This document shows positions 35,923 to 45,044 of a stretch of DNA of 64,000 bases, in pieces; within the stretch, counting starts at the first letter, position 1; each line of letters opens with the position of its first letter. The position numbers and the translations under genes were made by a program. The stretch lies in contig DCZG01000050.1 in assembly GCA_002331575.1 (NCBI GenBank), positions 2,657 through 66,656 on the forward strand, read 5' to 3'. The notes beneath the pieces are model-generated. The model did no database searches. It saw nothing but the letters and a program-made list of their open reading frames with translations, and had not been told where the DNA came from. The stretch comes from Atopobium sp. UBA2090 (lineage in GTDB: Bacteria; Actinomycetota; Coriobacteriia; Coriobacteriales; Atopobiaceae).

Positions 35923-36906
35923 TTGAACGGTGTGGTCTTTGCCTATACCATCGTCCTCATCGTCGTGTGCGTGACCGCCGCGATCCTCTCGCTCGCTGAC
36001 TTCTTCGTCTGCCTCAAGCGCACCGTGCTCGCGCGCGTGGGCTTCTTCGTCTTCTACATCCTCGACCTCGTGAGCATCTTCGGGTCCGAGTGGCTCGTCC
36101 AGAACATCCCGTTTGACCTCAGCGAGTACTACGCCATCGACAGCCCCGTCATGAAGACGCTCCTGAGCGCCGGCGTGCTCCAGTGCCTGTGGCTCATGGT
36201 CACGCACATCCTCGACGAGCACGACTGGCGAATCCAGTTCCTACCGACCTGTGCCTTCATGGCGGGCTGCGCCATCGTCGTCCTTGCGATGCCCGTCGGT
36301 CCGGTCCGCCAGTGGATGTTCTACTCGATGCGCCAAGTCTACCTGATCTTCATGCTCGTCTACGCCTACGTCCGCTGGCATGCGTCCTCAGACGAGACGT
36401 TCCGTCATCGCGTCGGGAAATACCGCAGGTCGTTCGTGGTCATGTCCGTCCTCGTCGGGTGCATCCTCCTCGAGGACACGCTCGTGATCCTCGTGCTGCC
36501 CATCCCGAGCCAGTCGAGCTGGCTCACGCTGTTCCTCGCGTCGAGGAACTTCTCCGAGAACGCGATGATGCTCTACGTCGCCTACCTCTGCATCAGGAAG
36601 GCCGTCCGCCAGCTCCAGCTGCGCGCCTCTGAGGCGCCGACCGCCGCGGCAACCACGGGAGAGAGCAGGAAGCAGGACCTCGCGAGCCACATCGAGGACC
36701 AGCTGCCCGCCTACGCGAGCACGCACAAGCTCTCCGCGCGCGAGCGCGAGGTCCTCGGCATGGTGCTCGAGGGCAAGGACAACCGGACCATCGCCAACGA
36801 GCTCTTCCTCTCGGAGGGCACCGTGAAGACCCACGTGCACAACATCATGAAGAAGACCGGGACGTCTTCGCGAGACGAACTCAAGACCGACTTCTGGCGC
36901 GCCTGA
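35923..36906 (+). CDS. Membrane-embedded LuxR-family regulator (AguR-like)
   Basis: About 7 hydrophobic helices plus a C-terminal LuxR HTH (REREVLGMVLEGKDNRTIANELFLSEGTVKTHVHNI). TTG at 35923 sits 8 nt after GGAGG. The ORF is open from GTG 35836, so the start is uncertain. Confidence 0.8.
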   Translation: MNGVVFAYTIVLIVVCVTAAILSLADFFVCLKRTVLARVGFFVFYILDLVSIFGSEWLVQNIPFDLSEYYAIDSPVMKTLLSAGVLQCLWLMVTHILDEHDWRIQFLPTCAFMAGCAIVVLAMPVGPVRQWMFYSMRQVYLIFMLVYAYVRWHASSDETFRHRVGKYRRSFVVMSVLVGCILLEDTLVILVLPIPSQSSWLTLFLASRNFSENAMMLYVAYLCIRKAVRQLQLRASEAPTAAATTGESRKQDLASHIEDQLPAYASTHKLSAREREVLGMVLEGKDNRTIANELFLSEGTVKTHVHNIMKKTGTSSRDELKTDFWRA

Positions 36907-36967
36907 GACAGACGTCGGCCCCCGAGCCCATGCGGGTCCGGGGGCCGACGGCACATGACGCCACGTT

Positions 36968-37936
36968 CTAGTAGTGAATCCTGGTTCCCGAGACACCCTT
37001 CACGACCTGCGGCGCATTTCCGAGCGCGCCGATGATGGCGATGCGGTCGGGACGGTTCTCGCAGAAGCGGAGCGCGGCGCGGACCTTGGGGTCCATGGTG
37101 TCGCTGCCGAACTCACCGGCGTCGAGATAGGCGTGCATCTCGGGCACGCTCACGTCGCCGAGGGGCTTCTCGCTCGCCGTGCCATAGCCCAGGCAGACGT
37201 TGTCCACGTCGGTGAGGAAGACGAGCACGTCGGCATCGCAGTCGTCGCCGAGGAGCTCCGCAGCGTAGTCCTTCTCGATGACGGCAGGAATGCCCACGTA
37301 GCAGCCCTTGTCGTCTGAGTCGCGGATCACGGGGATGCCACCGCCTCCTCCGGCGATGACGATGAAGTCGTTGTCGAGGAGGTTGAGGATGCTCTCCGAC
37401 TCCACGATTCGACGGGGGCGAGGGCTCGCCACGACGCGCCGGAAGCCTCGGCCGTCGTCGATGAACCTGAACCCGGGGTGCTGGGCGGACTGGGCCTCCG
37501 CCTGCTCCTTGGTGAGGTGCGGCCCGATCTGCTTGGTGGGGTTGGCGAGCGAGGGGTCGTCGGGCTCGACCTCGATCTGCGTGATGATGGTGGCGACGTG
37601 ACGCCGGCCCCCATGCTTGTGCAGCTCGGCGCCGAGAGCCTGCTGCAGGTGGTAGCCGATGTAGCTCTGCGTCATGGCCCCGCACTCGGGGAGGTCCATG
37701 ACGGGAACCGCGGGATCGTCGGGCGCGGCGACGCCGAAGGCGCGCTGCACCATGTTGACCTGGGGCCCGTTGCCGTGGGTGATGATGACCTCGTCGTCGG
37801 CGTCGATGGCCTCGAGGAGCCGCGGCGCGACCTCGCGGATGCGGTTGAGCTGACGGTCGAGGCCGTCGCCGAGGGCGAGCCCTCCGAGCGAGATGACGAT
37901 TCGCCTGGGCCGACCAGGCCTGGTGGTGATGGACAT
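36968..37936 (-). CDS. arcC: Carbamate kinase, copy 1
   Basis: 322 aa. Motifs ISLGGLALG and ITHGNGPQV. Strong SD GGAGGGGAGAAGG. Confidence 0.92.
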   Translation of the reverse strand: MSITTRPGRPRRIVISLGGLALGDGLDRQLNRIREVAPRLLEAIDADDEVIITHGNGPQVNMVQRAFGVAAPDDPAVPVMDLPECGAMTQSYIGYHLQQALGAELHKHGGRRHVATIITQIEVEPDDPSLANPTKQIGPHLTKEQAEAQSAQHPGFRFIDDGRGFRRVVASPRPRRIVESESILNLLDNDFIVIAGGGGGIPVIRDSDDKGCYVGIPAVIEKDYAAELLGDDCDADVLVFLTDVDNVCLGYGTASEKPLGDVSVPEMHAYLDAGEFGSDTMDPKVRAALRFCENRPDRIAIIGALGNAPQVVKGVSGTRIHY

Positions 37937-37962
37937 GCCTTCTCCCCTCCGGGTGAATCAGC

Positions 37963-38928
37963 CTAGTAGTGGATGCGGGTTCCGGAGGCGCCCTTCACTG
38001 CCTCGGGGGCCTTCTCGAGCGACCCGATGATGGCGACGCGGTCGGGTCGACCCTCGCAGAAGCGGATGGCGGCACGGACCTTCGGCTCCATGGAGCCCTT
38101 GCCAAACTGCCCCTCGTCGGCGTACTTGCGCGCCTCCGCCACCGTGATGTCGGTGAGGTCCCTCTGGTTCTTCTTGCCGAAGTTGATTGCCACGTGGTCG
38201 ACGGCGGTGAGAAGGACGAGCACGTCGGCGTCGCAGTCCTCGCCGAGAAGCGCGCCTGCCATGTCCTTGTCGATGACGGCGGGCACGCCCTTGTAGCAGC
38301 CGTAGTTGTCGGTGTCACGTATCACGGGGATGCCACCACCGCCGCAGGCGACAACGATGAACTCGTTGTCGAGCAGGTTGAGGATCGAGTCGGACTCGAC
38401 GATGCGGCGGGGACGCGGGCTCGCGACCACGCGGCGATAGCCTCGGCCGGAGTCCTCGACGAACTTGAAGGTCGGGTCCTGCTTGGCCTGTGACTCGGCT
38501 TGCTCCTTCGTGAGGAAGGGGCCGATGGGCTTGGTGGGGTTCTGGAAGCTCGGGTCGTCGGCGTCGACCTCGATCTGGGTCACGACGGTGGCCACGTGCC
38601 ACTTCCTGCCCGTCTTGTGCATCTCCGCGCCAAGCCCCTGCTGGAGGTGGTAGCCGATGTAGCCCTGGCTCATGGCGCCGCACTCGGGGAGGTCCATGAC
38701 CGGGACCTTGGGGTCCTTCGTGGAGGAGATGGCAAACGCCTTCTGGATCATGCCCACCTGGGGGCCGTTCCCGTGGGTGATGATGATCTCGGTGTCCTTG
38801 TCGATGACGCCGAGGAGCGCGGGCGCCGCGGTGCGGACGCGCTCGATCTGCTCCTTGGGCGTGTCTCCGAGGGCGTTGCCCCCGAGGGCGATGACGACGC
38901 GCCGAGGTTTGCGGGTTGGCTCAGCCAT
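37963..38928 (-). CDS. arcC: Carbamate kinase, copy 2
   Basis: ATG at 38928 follows AGGAGAA (49th codon of ORF 37963..39072). Motifs IALGGNALG and ITHGNGPQVG. Confidence 0.92.
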   Translation of the reverse strand: MAEPTRKPRRVVIALGGNALGDTPKEQIERVRTAAPALLGVIDKDTEIIITHGNGPQVGMIQKAFAISSTKDPKVPVMDLPECGAMSQGYIGYHLQQGLGAEMHKTGRKWHVATVVTQIEVDADDPSFQNPTKPIGPFLTKEQAESQAKQDPTFKFVEDSGRGYRRVVASPRPRRIVESDSILNLLDNEFIVVACGGGGIPVIRDTDNYGCYKGVPAVIDKDMAGALLGEDCDADVLVLLTAVDHVAINFGKKNQRDLTDITVAEARKYADEGQFGKGSMEPKVRAAIRFCEGRPDRVAIIGSLEKAPEAVKGASGTRIHY

Positions 38929-38949
38929 GATTCTCCTATCGCTTGTGCC

Positions 38950-38974
38950 GACGTGACGAATTGTTTGACGTGAC
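38950..38974. promoter_or_regulatory. Two GACGTGAC boxes 17 bp apart in the carbamate kinase 5' region
   Basis: gacgtgac at 38950-38957 and 38967-38974, 22-46 nt upstream of ATG 38928. Confidence 0.3.
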
Positions 38975-39037
38975 AAATGGTAGGGGGAGCGCCCCTTTCG
39001 CGCTCGGGCGACGGTGGGCGGCATCATTTCCAGATGA

Positions 39038-39052
39038 ATGGATAGTATCCAT
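39038..39052. promoter_or_regulatory. 15-bp perfect palindrome inside an AT-rich island (candidate operator)
   Basis: ATGGATA-G-TATCCAT. The surrounding stretch, about 39026-39130, is strikingly AT-rich for this genome. Confidence 0.4.
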
Positions 39053-39231
39053 ATTACTAGAATATTTTCCATTTTATATGCAGTTTTTCTCGCTATTTAT
39101 CTCATAAGTTGCATCTATACCCCAGATAAACCTCAGCAGTTGCCGAGCCGGCGAGAAGGACCGCGCCCGTAGATTCTGGTTTAGATGGCCATTTGCCAGA
39201 GACTGAAGTCGCATTCTGCCACCCCAAGGCC

Positions 39232-39339
39232 TGTGTCGTGCGATAGGTTTTTGTACAAGAAGCTATCGTGCGACACAACTCAAGCGCGCATTTGTGTCGT
39301 GCGATAGGTTTTTGTACAAGAAGCTATCGTGCGACACAA
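39232..39339. repeat. Two identical 47-bp dyad-symmetric units, 61 bp apart, plus a related half-site at 39362-39369
   Basis: tgtgtcgtgcgataggtttttgtacaagaagctatcgtgcgacacaa at 39232-39278 and 39293-39339. The 15-nt arms pair (with 2 G-U in RNA), and the centre is TTGTACAA. Confidence 0.85.
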
Positions 39340-39395
39340 ACCGGGGCCGAAAGCGTCCTGCGCGACACACGGCGGAGCCTTAGGCGGCAACTCCC

Positions 39396-40862
39396 CTAGT
39401 TCTTGTCGCCAGACTTCGGCCGACGGGGTCGGCGCGGGCGACGCCAGTCAACATCGGGTCCCATCTTGGCCTTGGGCAGCTCGATGCCGAGAATCTCCGC
39501 CCTCGTCGTGGCTCGGCCGTAGCTCACGTGGCGGATGACCTCTCCGAGGACGATGACGATGACGACGCCGATGAGCAGCGGAATCTTGCTCAGCTCGTCA
39601 GCGGAGCCGTTGAGGGGAATGCATGCCACGACGATCGAGACCACGAGCTCGACGACGGGCACCCAGCAGAACAGACTCGTCATCACGCGTCCGCCGGGCA
39701 CGCGGAACGGGCGCTTGCGGTCGGGGTCGATCTCGCGCAGCTTGAGGAAGGCGGGGAACATCGGCACGTACGCCGCGAGCGTGAACACGATGTCGAGCGA
39801 GAGCGCGATGGAGAAGACGCCCACTCCCACGCTCTCGAGGAGCGGCTTGGCAAGCACGAGCGCGCTTGCGCAGATCCCGTTCATGACGCATGACCCGACG
39901 TGGCGACCCTTCGCATCCTCCTTCGCATAGATGCGCGGGAGGTTCCCCTCCTTCGCCGCCTGGTTGGTGACCGAGCTCACGCCATGGGACCAGCTGATCA
40001 TGTTGGCGAAGAGCGACAGCAGGAACCCCACCGAGACGAGCATGAAGGGAAGGCTCCTCTCGCCGGCCATGATCGCCACGGCATCGGCGATGCCAGAGTC
40101 GAGGTTGATTTGGTCGTGAGGAACGGCCGTCGAGATGCCCAGCGAGACGAAGAGGTAGACGGCGACGATGGTGAGGCCTCCGCCGATGATGGCCTTGGGC
40201 ATGTCCTTCTCGGGGTTGTCCATCGAGTCCACGAAGGTGGCGATGACCTCGCAGCCCATGTAGTTGTAGATGATGATCGAGAGGTACGTGAGCGCGTTGC
40301 CGTCGGTGAGGTCGGGCATCATGGACTGCGGCGTCAGCGGCTCGGCGAAGCCGTGCGTCGATCCATACCAGATGCCCAGGCAGCCGATGCCCACTGCCAT
40401 GACCACGTTGAGAATGGCGCCGGAGTTCATGATCCACGAGATGTCACCGACCTCCTGCATGCTCGTCCACACCACGAACCAGATGAAGGCCATCTCGATG
40501 AGGATCTCAACCCAGAGCGGCATCTCGAAGCCAAGGATTCCGTTGATGGTCGTGGGAAAGAGGACGGTGATAGACGCGAGCCACGTGAAGTAGTTGACCC
40601 AGTAGTACCAGGCCTCGCGCGTCGCCCACCTGCGGCCCATAGCGTCGCGCACCCACTCGTAGACCCCAGCGCCCTCGGCGTAGGTGGTGCCGAGCTCCGC
40701 CACGACGAAGCCGTAGGGCATGAGGAACGTGACGAGAAGGAACAGCCACCAGAAGACGGCAGAGTTTCCGATTGCGGCAGCGGGGGCGCAGGCCTCGATC
40801 GTGAAGACGACGCAGATGATCGAGAGTATGACGTCCCTGAACCTGAGCTTCCTTGCTGCCAT
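39396..40862 (-). CDS. APC-family amino acid/polyamine antiporter, paralogue 2
   Basis: ATG at 40862. N-terminus RFRDVILSIICVVFTIEACAPAAAIGNSAVFWW parallels 31859..33241. Basic C-terminal tail RRPRRPRRPK. Confidence 0.85.
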   Translation of the reverse strand: MAARKLRFRDVILSIICVVFTIEACAPAAAIGNSAVFWWLFLLVTFLMPYGFVVAELGTTYAEGAGVYEWVRDAMGRRWATREAWYYWVNYFTWLASITVLFPTTINGILGFEMPLWVEILIEMAFIWFVVWTSMQEVGDISWIMNSGAILNVVMAVGIGCLGIWYGSTHGFAEPLTPQSMMPDLTDGNALTYLSIIIYNYMGCEVIATFVDSMDNPEKDMPKAIIGGGLTIVAVYLFVSLGISTAVPHDQINLDSGIADAVAIMAGERSLPFMLVSVGFLLSLFANMISWSHGVSSVTNQAAKEGNLPRIYAKEDAKGRHVGSCVMNGICASALVLAKPLLESVGVGVFSIALSLDIVFTLAAYVPMFPAFLKLREIDPDRKRPFRVPGGRVMTSLFCWVPVVELVVSIVVACIPLNGSADELSKIPLLIGVVIVIVLGEVIRHVSYGRATTRAEILGIELPKAKMGPDVDWRRPRRPRRPKSGDKN

Positions 40863-41005
40863 GCGCTTCCCCTCGCCCGGCTTCGGACTCACGTCATGCA
40901 CGTGTCATTGTGTCCCACCGTCCGCTGGGGGTGGGTTTATCGGGGTTTAATTCGGGAGCTGGGCCTTGTGCGCGCCTGGTCGGCCGCTCGCCGGGTCGCG
41001 AGCGG

Positions 41006-42130
41006 CTATCTCTTCACGCGAGCCTTCGGCTGCTGCTGCGTGATGCAGTGAATGTTGCCACCCCCGTAGATGATCTCCCGGGTGTGGATGCCGATGATCT
41101 CGCGGTCGGGGTAGGCCGCCCTGATGTCCTCGAGGGCCTGCGTGTCGTTCGGGTCACCGAACTGCGGGACGAGCACGGCGCCGTTGATGGGCAGGAAGTT
41201 GAGGTAGCTCGGCTCGAAGGCGTCGTCGGGCGTTCGCGGCAGGCTGCCCTCGACGGGGTCGATGCTCTCAGCCTCCTCCGCGGTCATATAGACGGAGGTG
41301 CTCGGCATGATCACCTTGTGAATCTTGAGTCTGCGGCCTCGGGCGTCCGTCGTGGTGCTCAGCGTCTCGTAGGCAGCCTGGCAGGCCTGGTAGAACTTGT
41401 GGGAGGGGTCGTCGGTCCACATGCAGCAGACCTCTCCGGGCGCGCTGAAGCAGGCGACGTCATCCACGTGGCCGTTGGTCTCGTAGGGGTCGATGCCGTC
41501 CTTGATCCAGATGACCTTCTCGACGCCCAGGTACTGCTCGAGCTTCTCCTCGATCTGGTCTTTGGTGTACTGGGGGTTGCGCCCCGGCGAGAGGAGGCAC
41601 ATCTCGGTGGTGACCACGGTGCCCTGACCGTCGCAGTTGAACGAGCCGCCCTCGAGCACGAAGTCGTCGGGGCGATAGCGCTTGACCTGGCAGATCTGCG
41701 AGAGCTGCATGCCGAGCGAGGCGTCCTTGTCCCAGGGGAAGTACAGGCCGTCGTAGAAGCCGCCGTAGGCGTTGAAGTGGAAGTGCGACAGACGCACCTC
41801 GCCCTCGTCGTTGACGAGAAATGCGGGGCCTGGGTCGCGGATCCAGGAGTCGTTGTACTCCATGAGCAGAACCTGGATGTTCTCGACCTCGCCGAGAAGC
41901 TCGTTGACGGCGGCGTAGTCCTCGGAGTTCACGCCGACGGTGATCTTCTGGTAGCGGGCGATGGTGCGTGCGATCTCGGCGAAGACCTTCTGCGCCGGCT
42001 TCGCGCCGTTGCGCCACACGTCGGAGCGGTGCGGCCAGAGCATCCACGTGCGCTCCTGCTCCTCGTACTCGCCCGGCATGAAGAACCCGTCGGCCTTGGG
42101 CGTGGACTCCGACTCGACGATGGTGTGCAT
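41006..42130 (-). CDS. Agmatine deiminase-family enzyme, paralogue 2
   Basis: ATG at 42130 follows AGGGAGGA. Motifs FMPGEYEEQERTWMLWPH and GGGNIHCITQQ. Confidence 0.9.
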   Translation of the reverse strand: MHTIVESESTPKADGFFMPGEYEEQERTWMLWPHRSDVWRNGAKPAQKVFAEIARTIARYQKITVGVNSEDYAAVNELLGEVENIQVLLMEYNDSWIRDPGPAFLVNDEGEVRLSHFHFNAYGGFYDGLYFPWDKDASLGMQLSQICQVKRYRPDDFVLEGGSFNCDGQGTVVTTEMCLLSPGRNPQYTKDQIEEKLEQYLGVEKVIWIKDGIDPYETNGHVDDVACFSAPGEVCCMWTDDPSHKFYQACQAAYETLSTTTDARGRRLKIHKVIMPSTSVYMTAEEAESIDPVEGSLPRTPDDAFEPSYLNFLPINGAVLVPQFGDPNDTQALEDIRAAYPDREIIGIHTREIIYGGGNIHCITQQQPKARVKR

Positions 42131-42288
42131 GTGCGATCCTCCCTGACGAATCGTGCGATGCGTGCGCGTGGCCATTGCAGGGGACTATACCTCGCCGTAG
42201 GGACGCGACGCCGCACGAGGATGACATGCCCGGCGAACGAAGCGCGTGGGCGTCGGGGGACTGGTCACCCCGACGCCCGCGGACCCCC

Positions 42289-43677
42289 CTACTCAGACTC
42301 CTTCTCGAGTGCGGAGAGACGCCTGAGCTCCCAGGCGGCAGAGCCGAGGCAGAGGACACCGGTGAGGACGTCTGCCACGACGAGCGCCCACCACATTCCC
42401 TCGATCCCCATGGCCGAGCCGATGAAGTACATGAGCGGGCAGGAGAAGATGACGTAGCGAGAAAGACCGAGCACGGTCGAGAGGGCGATCTTCTCGACCG
42501 TCTGGAAGTAGGTGCTCATCATCATCGAGGTGTAGCCGAGGCAGCAGGCGACGATGGAGATGCGCGTCGCGCCGGCGGCGAGCTCGGCGACCTCGGGGTT
42601 GAAGAAGTAGCAGATGGGATAGGCCGCAAGCCAGATGACGACGGTCAGCGCGGCGACGGCGACGATCTCGTACTTGAGCGAGGAGGTGATCGTCTCCTTG
42701 AGGCGGCCGAAGGCCTTGGCGCCGGCGTTGAACGCGGCGATCGGCTGCATGCCGAAGGCGAACGACTCGGCCACCATCATGATGATGTAGATGACATAGC
42801 CGGAGATGACCGCGAAGACCGCAAGGTAGGTCGTGGCGTTCTCGCCGCCGAAGATGCCGAAGAGGTTGTTCGCGACGGTGTTGTACACGAAGGTCCCCGC
42901 CTGGACCAGGAAGAACGGAATGCCGATCTTGATGATCTGGCCGCAGGTCGACCAGTCGAGCCTGGCGTCCTTGGCGTCGATGTGGAGGTCGGAGCGGTTT
43001 CCGAAGTACCAGAAGAGACCGACGGACATGAAGCCGATGGAGAGACCGTAGTAGACGCCCGCACCGGCGACGCCGAAGCCGAACACGAAGGTGGAGAGGG
43101 CGAGCCATGTGATCGCGACGATGGCAGCGACGGTCCAGATGTTGGCCGACTGCTGGGGCTTCTCGTCGACGCGCATGACCGAGGTGATCATCTGTCCCAT
43201 GATGGTGAAGGGCAGCAGCACGCCGAAGGTGCGGATGCCGGCGACGCAGTCATCCAGAATCTCGGGGGTGGCGCCGAAGAACGTGGCGAGCTGGGCGGTG
43301 AACACCTCGAAGATCACGAGGATGATCACGCCGGTGTAGAGCGTGAGCCAGAAGCCCTGCGAGAACGCGTGCTGTGCGGCGTCATGGTCGCCCGCGCCGA
43401 ACGCGTTGCCGACGACGGTCGGCACGGCAGTGCTGAAGAGGCTGCCGAAGGCGAGGTTGATGTACTCGACCGACATGATGATGCCGACACAGGCGAGCCC
43501 CTCGGCTCCGAGGCCGTTACCCATGATGAGACCCTCGAGGATGACCATGATGATCTGGGCGATCATGCCCTGCATCGTGATGCGGCTGTACTTGCCGACA
43601 AGCCTGCCGATCGGTTCCACCGCGAGCTCGTGGCTCTCCTCGGCCTCGGCTGAGGTCGGCGTCTCCTCTTCTGCCAT
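42289..43677 (-). CDS. MATE-family efflux transporter
   Basis: ATG at 43677. 12-TM profile with a two-fold MATE-like repeat. Confidence 0.8.
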   Translation of the reverse strand: MAEEETPTSAEAEESHELAVEPIGRLVGKYSRITMQGMIAQIIMVILEGLIMGNGLGAEGLACVGIIMSVEYINLAFGSLFSTAVPTVVGNAFGAGDHDAAQHAFSQGFWLTLYTGVIILVIFEVFTAQLATFFGATPEILDDCVAGIRTFGVLLPFTIMGQMITSVMRVDEKPQQSANIWTVAAIVAITWLALSTFVFGFGVAGAGVYYGLSIGFMSVGLFWYFGNRSDLHIDAKDARLDWSTCGQIIKIGIPFFLVQAGTFVYNTVANNLFGIFGGENATTYLAVFAVISGYVIYIIMMVAESFAFGMQPIAAFNAGAKAFGRLKETITSSLKYEIVAVAALTVVIWLAAYPICYFFNPEVAELAAGATRISIVACCLGYTSMMMSTYFQTVEKIALSTVLGLSRYVIFSCPLMYFIGSAMGIEGMWWALVVADVLTGVLCLGSAAWELRRLSALEKESE

Positions 43678-43692
43678 GCGCGTCCCCTTTCG

Positions 43693-43740
43693 GACCATGG
43701 TTGTCATGTGGGACGTGGGTCCCCTTGGCGACCATGGTCG
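43693..43740. promoter_or_regulatory. Two GACCATGGT(C) palindromes 37 bp apart in the MATE 5' region
   Basis: gaccatggt at 43693-43701 and cgaccatggtcg at 43729-43740. They can pair with each other in RNA, next to the RBS. Confidence 0.3.
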
Positions 43741-43858
43741 GGGAAGGCGGAGCGGAGGGCCAGACCATAAGGAGGTTAGTTCCGCGCAAGGTGGGGTTAT
43801 TCTCGATTACAGGGCTTGACCTGGTGTTCCTTGGAGGACGGCCGACGCGCTGGCAGGC

Positions 43859-44863
43859 CTAGAACTTCCAGAACGCCGTCGCGAGGTCCTGGCGATTGGT
43901 GGTCCCCACCTTGCTATAGATGCGGTGCAGATGCGCCTTCACGGTTCCCGTGGAGATGAACAGGTCGCTGGCGATCTCCTGCGTGCTCTTCTTGAGCAGG
44001 ACGAGGCGGAGCACCTCGCGCTCGCGCTGGCTGATGGCATAGTGGTCGCAGAAGCGAGGCAGGCGCGCCCCGATGTCCGAGGAGTAGCGATCGGCCTCGT
44101 GGTCGCCCGAGCTCTCGGCAGGGTGCTGGGCGTAGACCCTCATGAGGTCGCGCGCACCCATGATGGTCCTCACCGCGCAGACGATGACGATCGCGTTCTC
44201 GGTCATGTTGCGCTCGGTGAGGTGCCAGAAGAACGAATGGAGGGGCGTGCCCGCCGTCGTCTCGGGATGGAAGATCATGATGAAGAAGATGTCCTCGCAG
44301 AGCATGACGAGCGACAGGACGGCGACCACCCTGAAGAAGGGCTTCGAGCGCTCGATGTCGACCCTCTCGTTCTTTGTCGCGCGCTTCTGATACCACCAGT
44401 ATCCGAACCACACAGAGAAGATGACGCCAAGATCGCGCCAACCCCAGAAGAGCATGTTGCGCCAGGCACCTGTGAGACTGCCAATCGGGGCGACGGCGAC
44501 GGCGATCACACCGAACACGACGGCGAAGATGACCACCTGACGTTTGCCGAGCGGAGCGTGGACACGCTCGCGTGTCCAGGACCAGACCAAGGTAACAAGG
44601 ATGATATCCAGGGGAATCGTGAGCCATGGCCACTGCAGGCCAGCATTGAAGTAGCCCGTGAGATAGGGCTTATCCCCCATGTACTCGCCATAGAAGATGA
44701 CCGAGATCTCGAGCACGTAGCAGACGAAGGCGGCAGCGGCGACGAGCCAGTCCCGTCGCGAGGTGAGCACCCACACCATGAAGCACGTCGAGCACGCGAT
44801 GATCATGAGGAGCATCAGCGAAATCGTGTATATGAACCAAGCCATGTCCATGAATGAGACCAC
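43859..44863 (-). CDS. Membrane-embedded LuxR-family regulator, second copy
   Basis: Hydrophobic N-terminal about 230 aa plus LuxR HTH REREVLRLVLLKKSTQEIASDLFISTGTVKAHLHRI. Start is GTG 44863, ATG 44851 or ATG 44845. Confidence 0.85.
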   Translation of the reverse strand: MVSFMDMAWFIYTISLMLLMIIACSTCFMVWVLTSRRDWLVAAAAFVCYVLEISVIFYGEYMGDKPYLTGYFNAGLQWPWLTIPLDIILVTLVWSWTRERVHAPLGKRQVVIFAVVFGVIAVAVAPIGSLTGAWRNMLFWGWRDLGVIFSVWFGYWWYQKRATKNERVDIERSKPFFRVVAVLSLVMLCEDIFFIMIFHPETTAGTPLHSFFWHLTERNMTENAIVIVCAVRTIMGARDLMRVYAQHPAESSGDHEADRYSSDIGARLPRFCDHYAISQREREVLRLVLLKKSTQEIASDLFISTGTVKAHLHRIYSKVGTTNRQDLATAFWKF

Positions 44864-44967
44864 CCGAACTCACGACCCCCCGATGCCGTTCCAATCTAGG
44901 CGTTCGGCATTTCGATACGGGTAGCTATTCAATGAATGGTTCGTGTCGTCGGCGGAGCATCGCCCCT

Positions 44968-45014
44968 CGTCGCGTGGCGAGAAGGACGGGCGCCGCGCTT
45001 CTCGCCACGCGACG
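44968..45014. terminator. Perfect 17-bp stem hairpin downstream of the amidohydrolase gene
   Basis: cgtcgcgtggcgagaag-N13-cttctcgccacgcgacg. No clear U tract on either strand. Confidence 0.45.
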
Positions 45015-45044
45015 CCCGTCCCGGCAAACATGAGCTTGAGGCGG

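Noticed and set aside
38929-39072. The N-terminal extension of carbamate kinase copy 2 through the AT-rich island (ORF start 39072).
   Set aside because: The extension (MENILVIWILSIHLE...) is encoded by atypical AT-rich sequence. The paralogue and family alignments start at MAEPTRKPRRVV, and AGGAGAA precedes ATG 38928.
39232-39339. The 47-bp repeats as a CRISPR array.
   Set aside because: There are only two full copies with a 14-bp spacer, the units are strongly palindromic, and no cas genes are present in the window.
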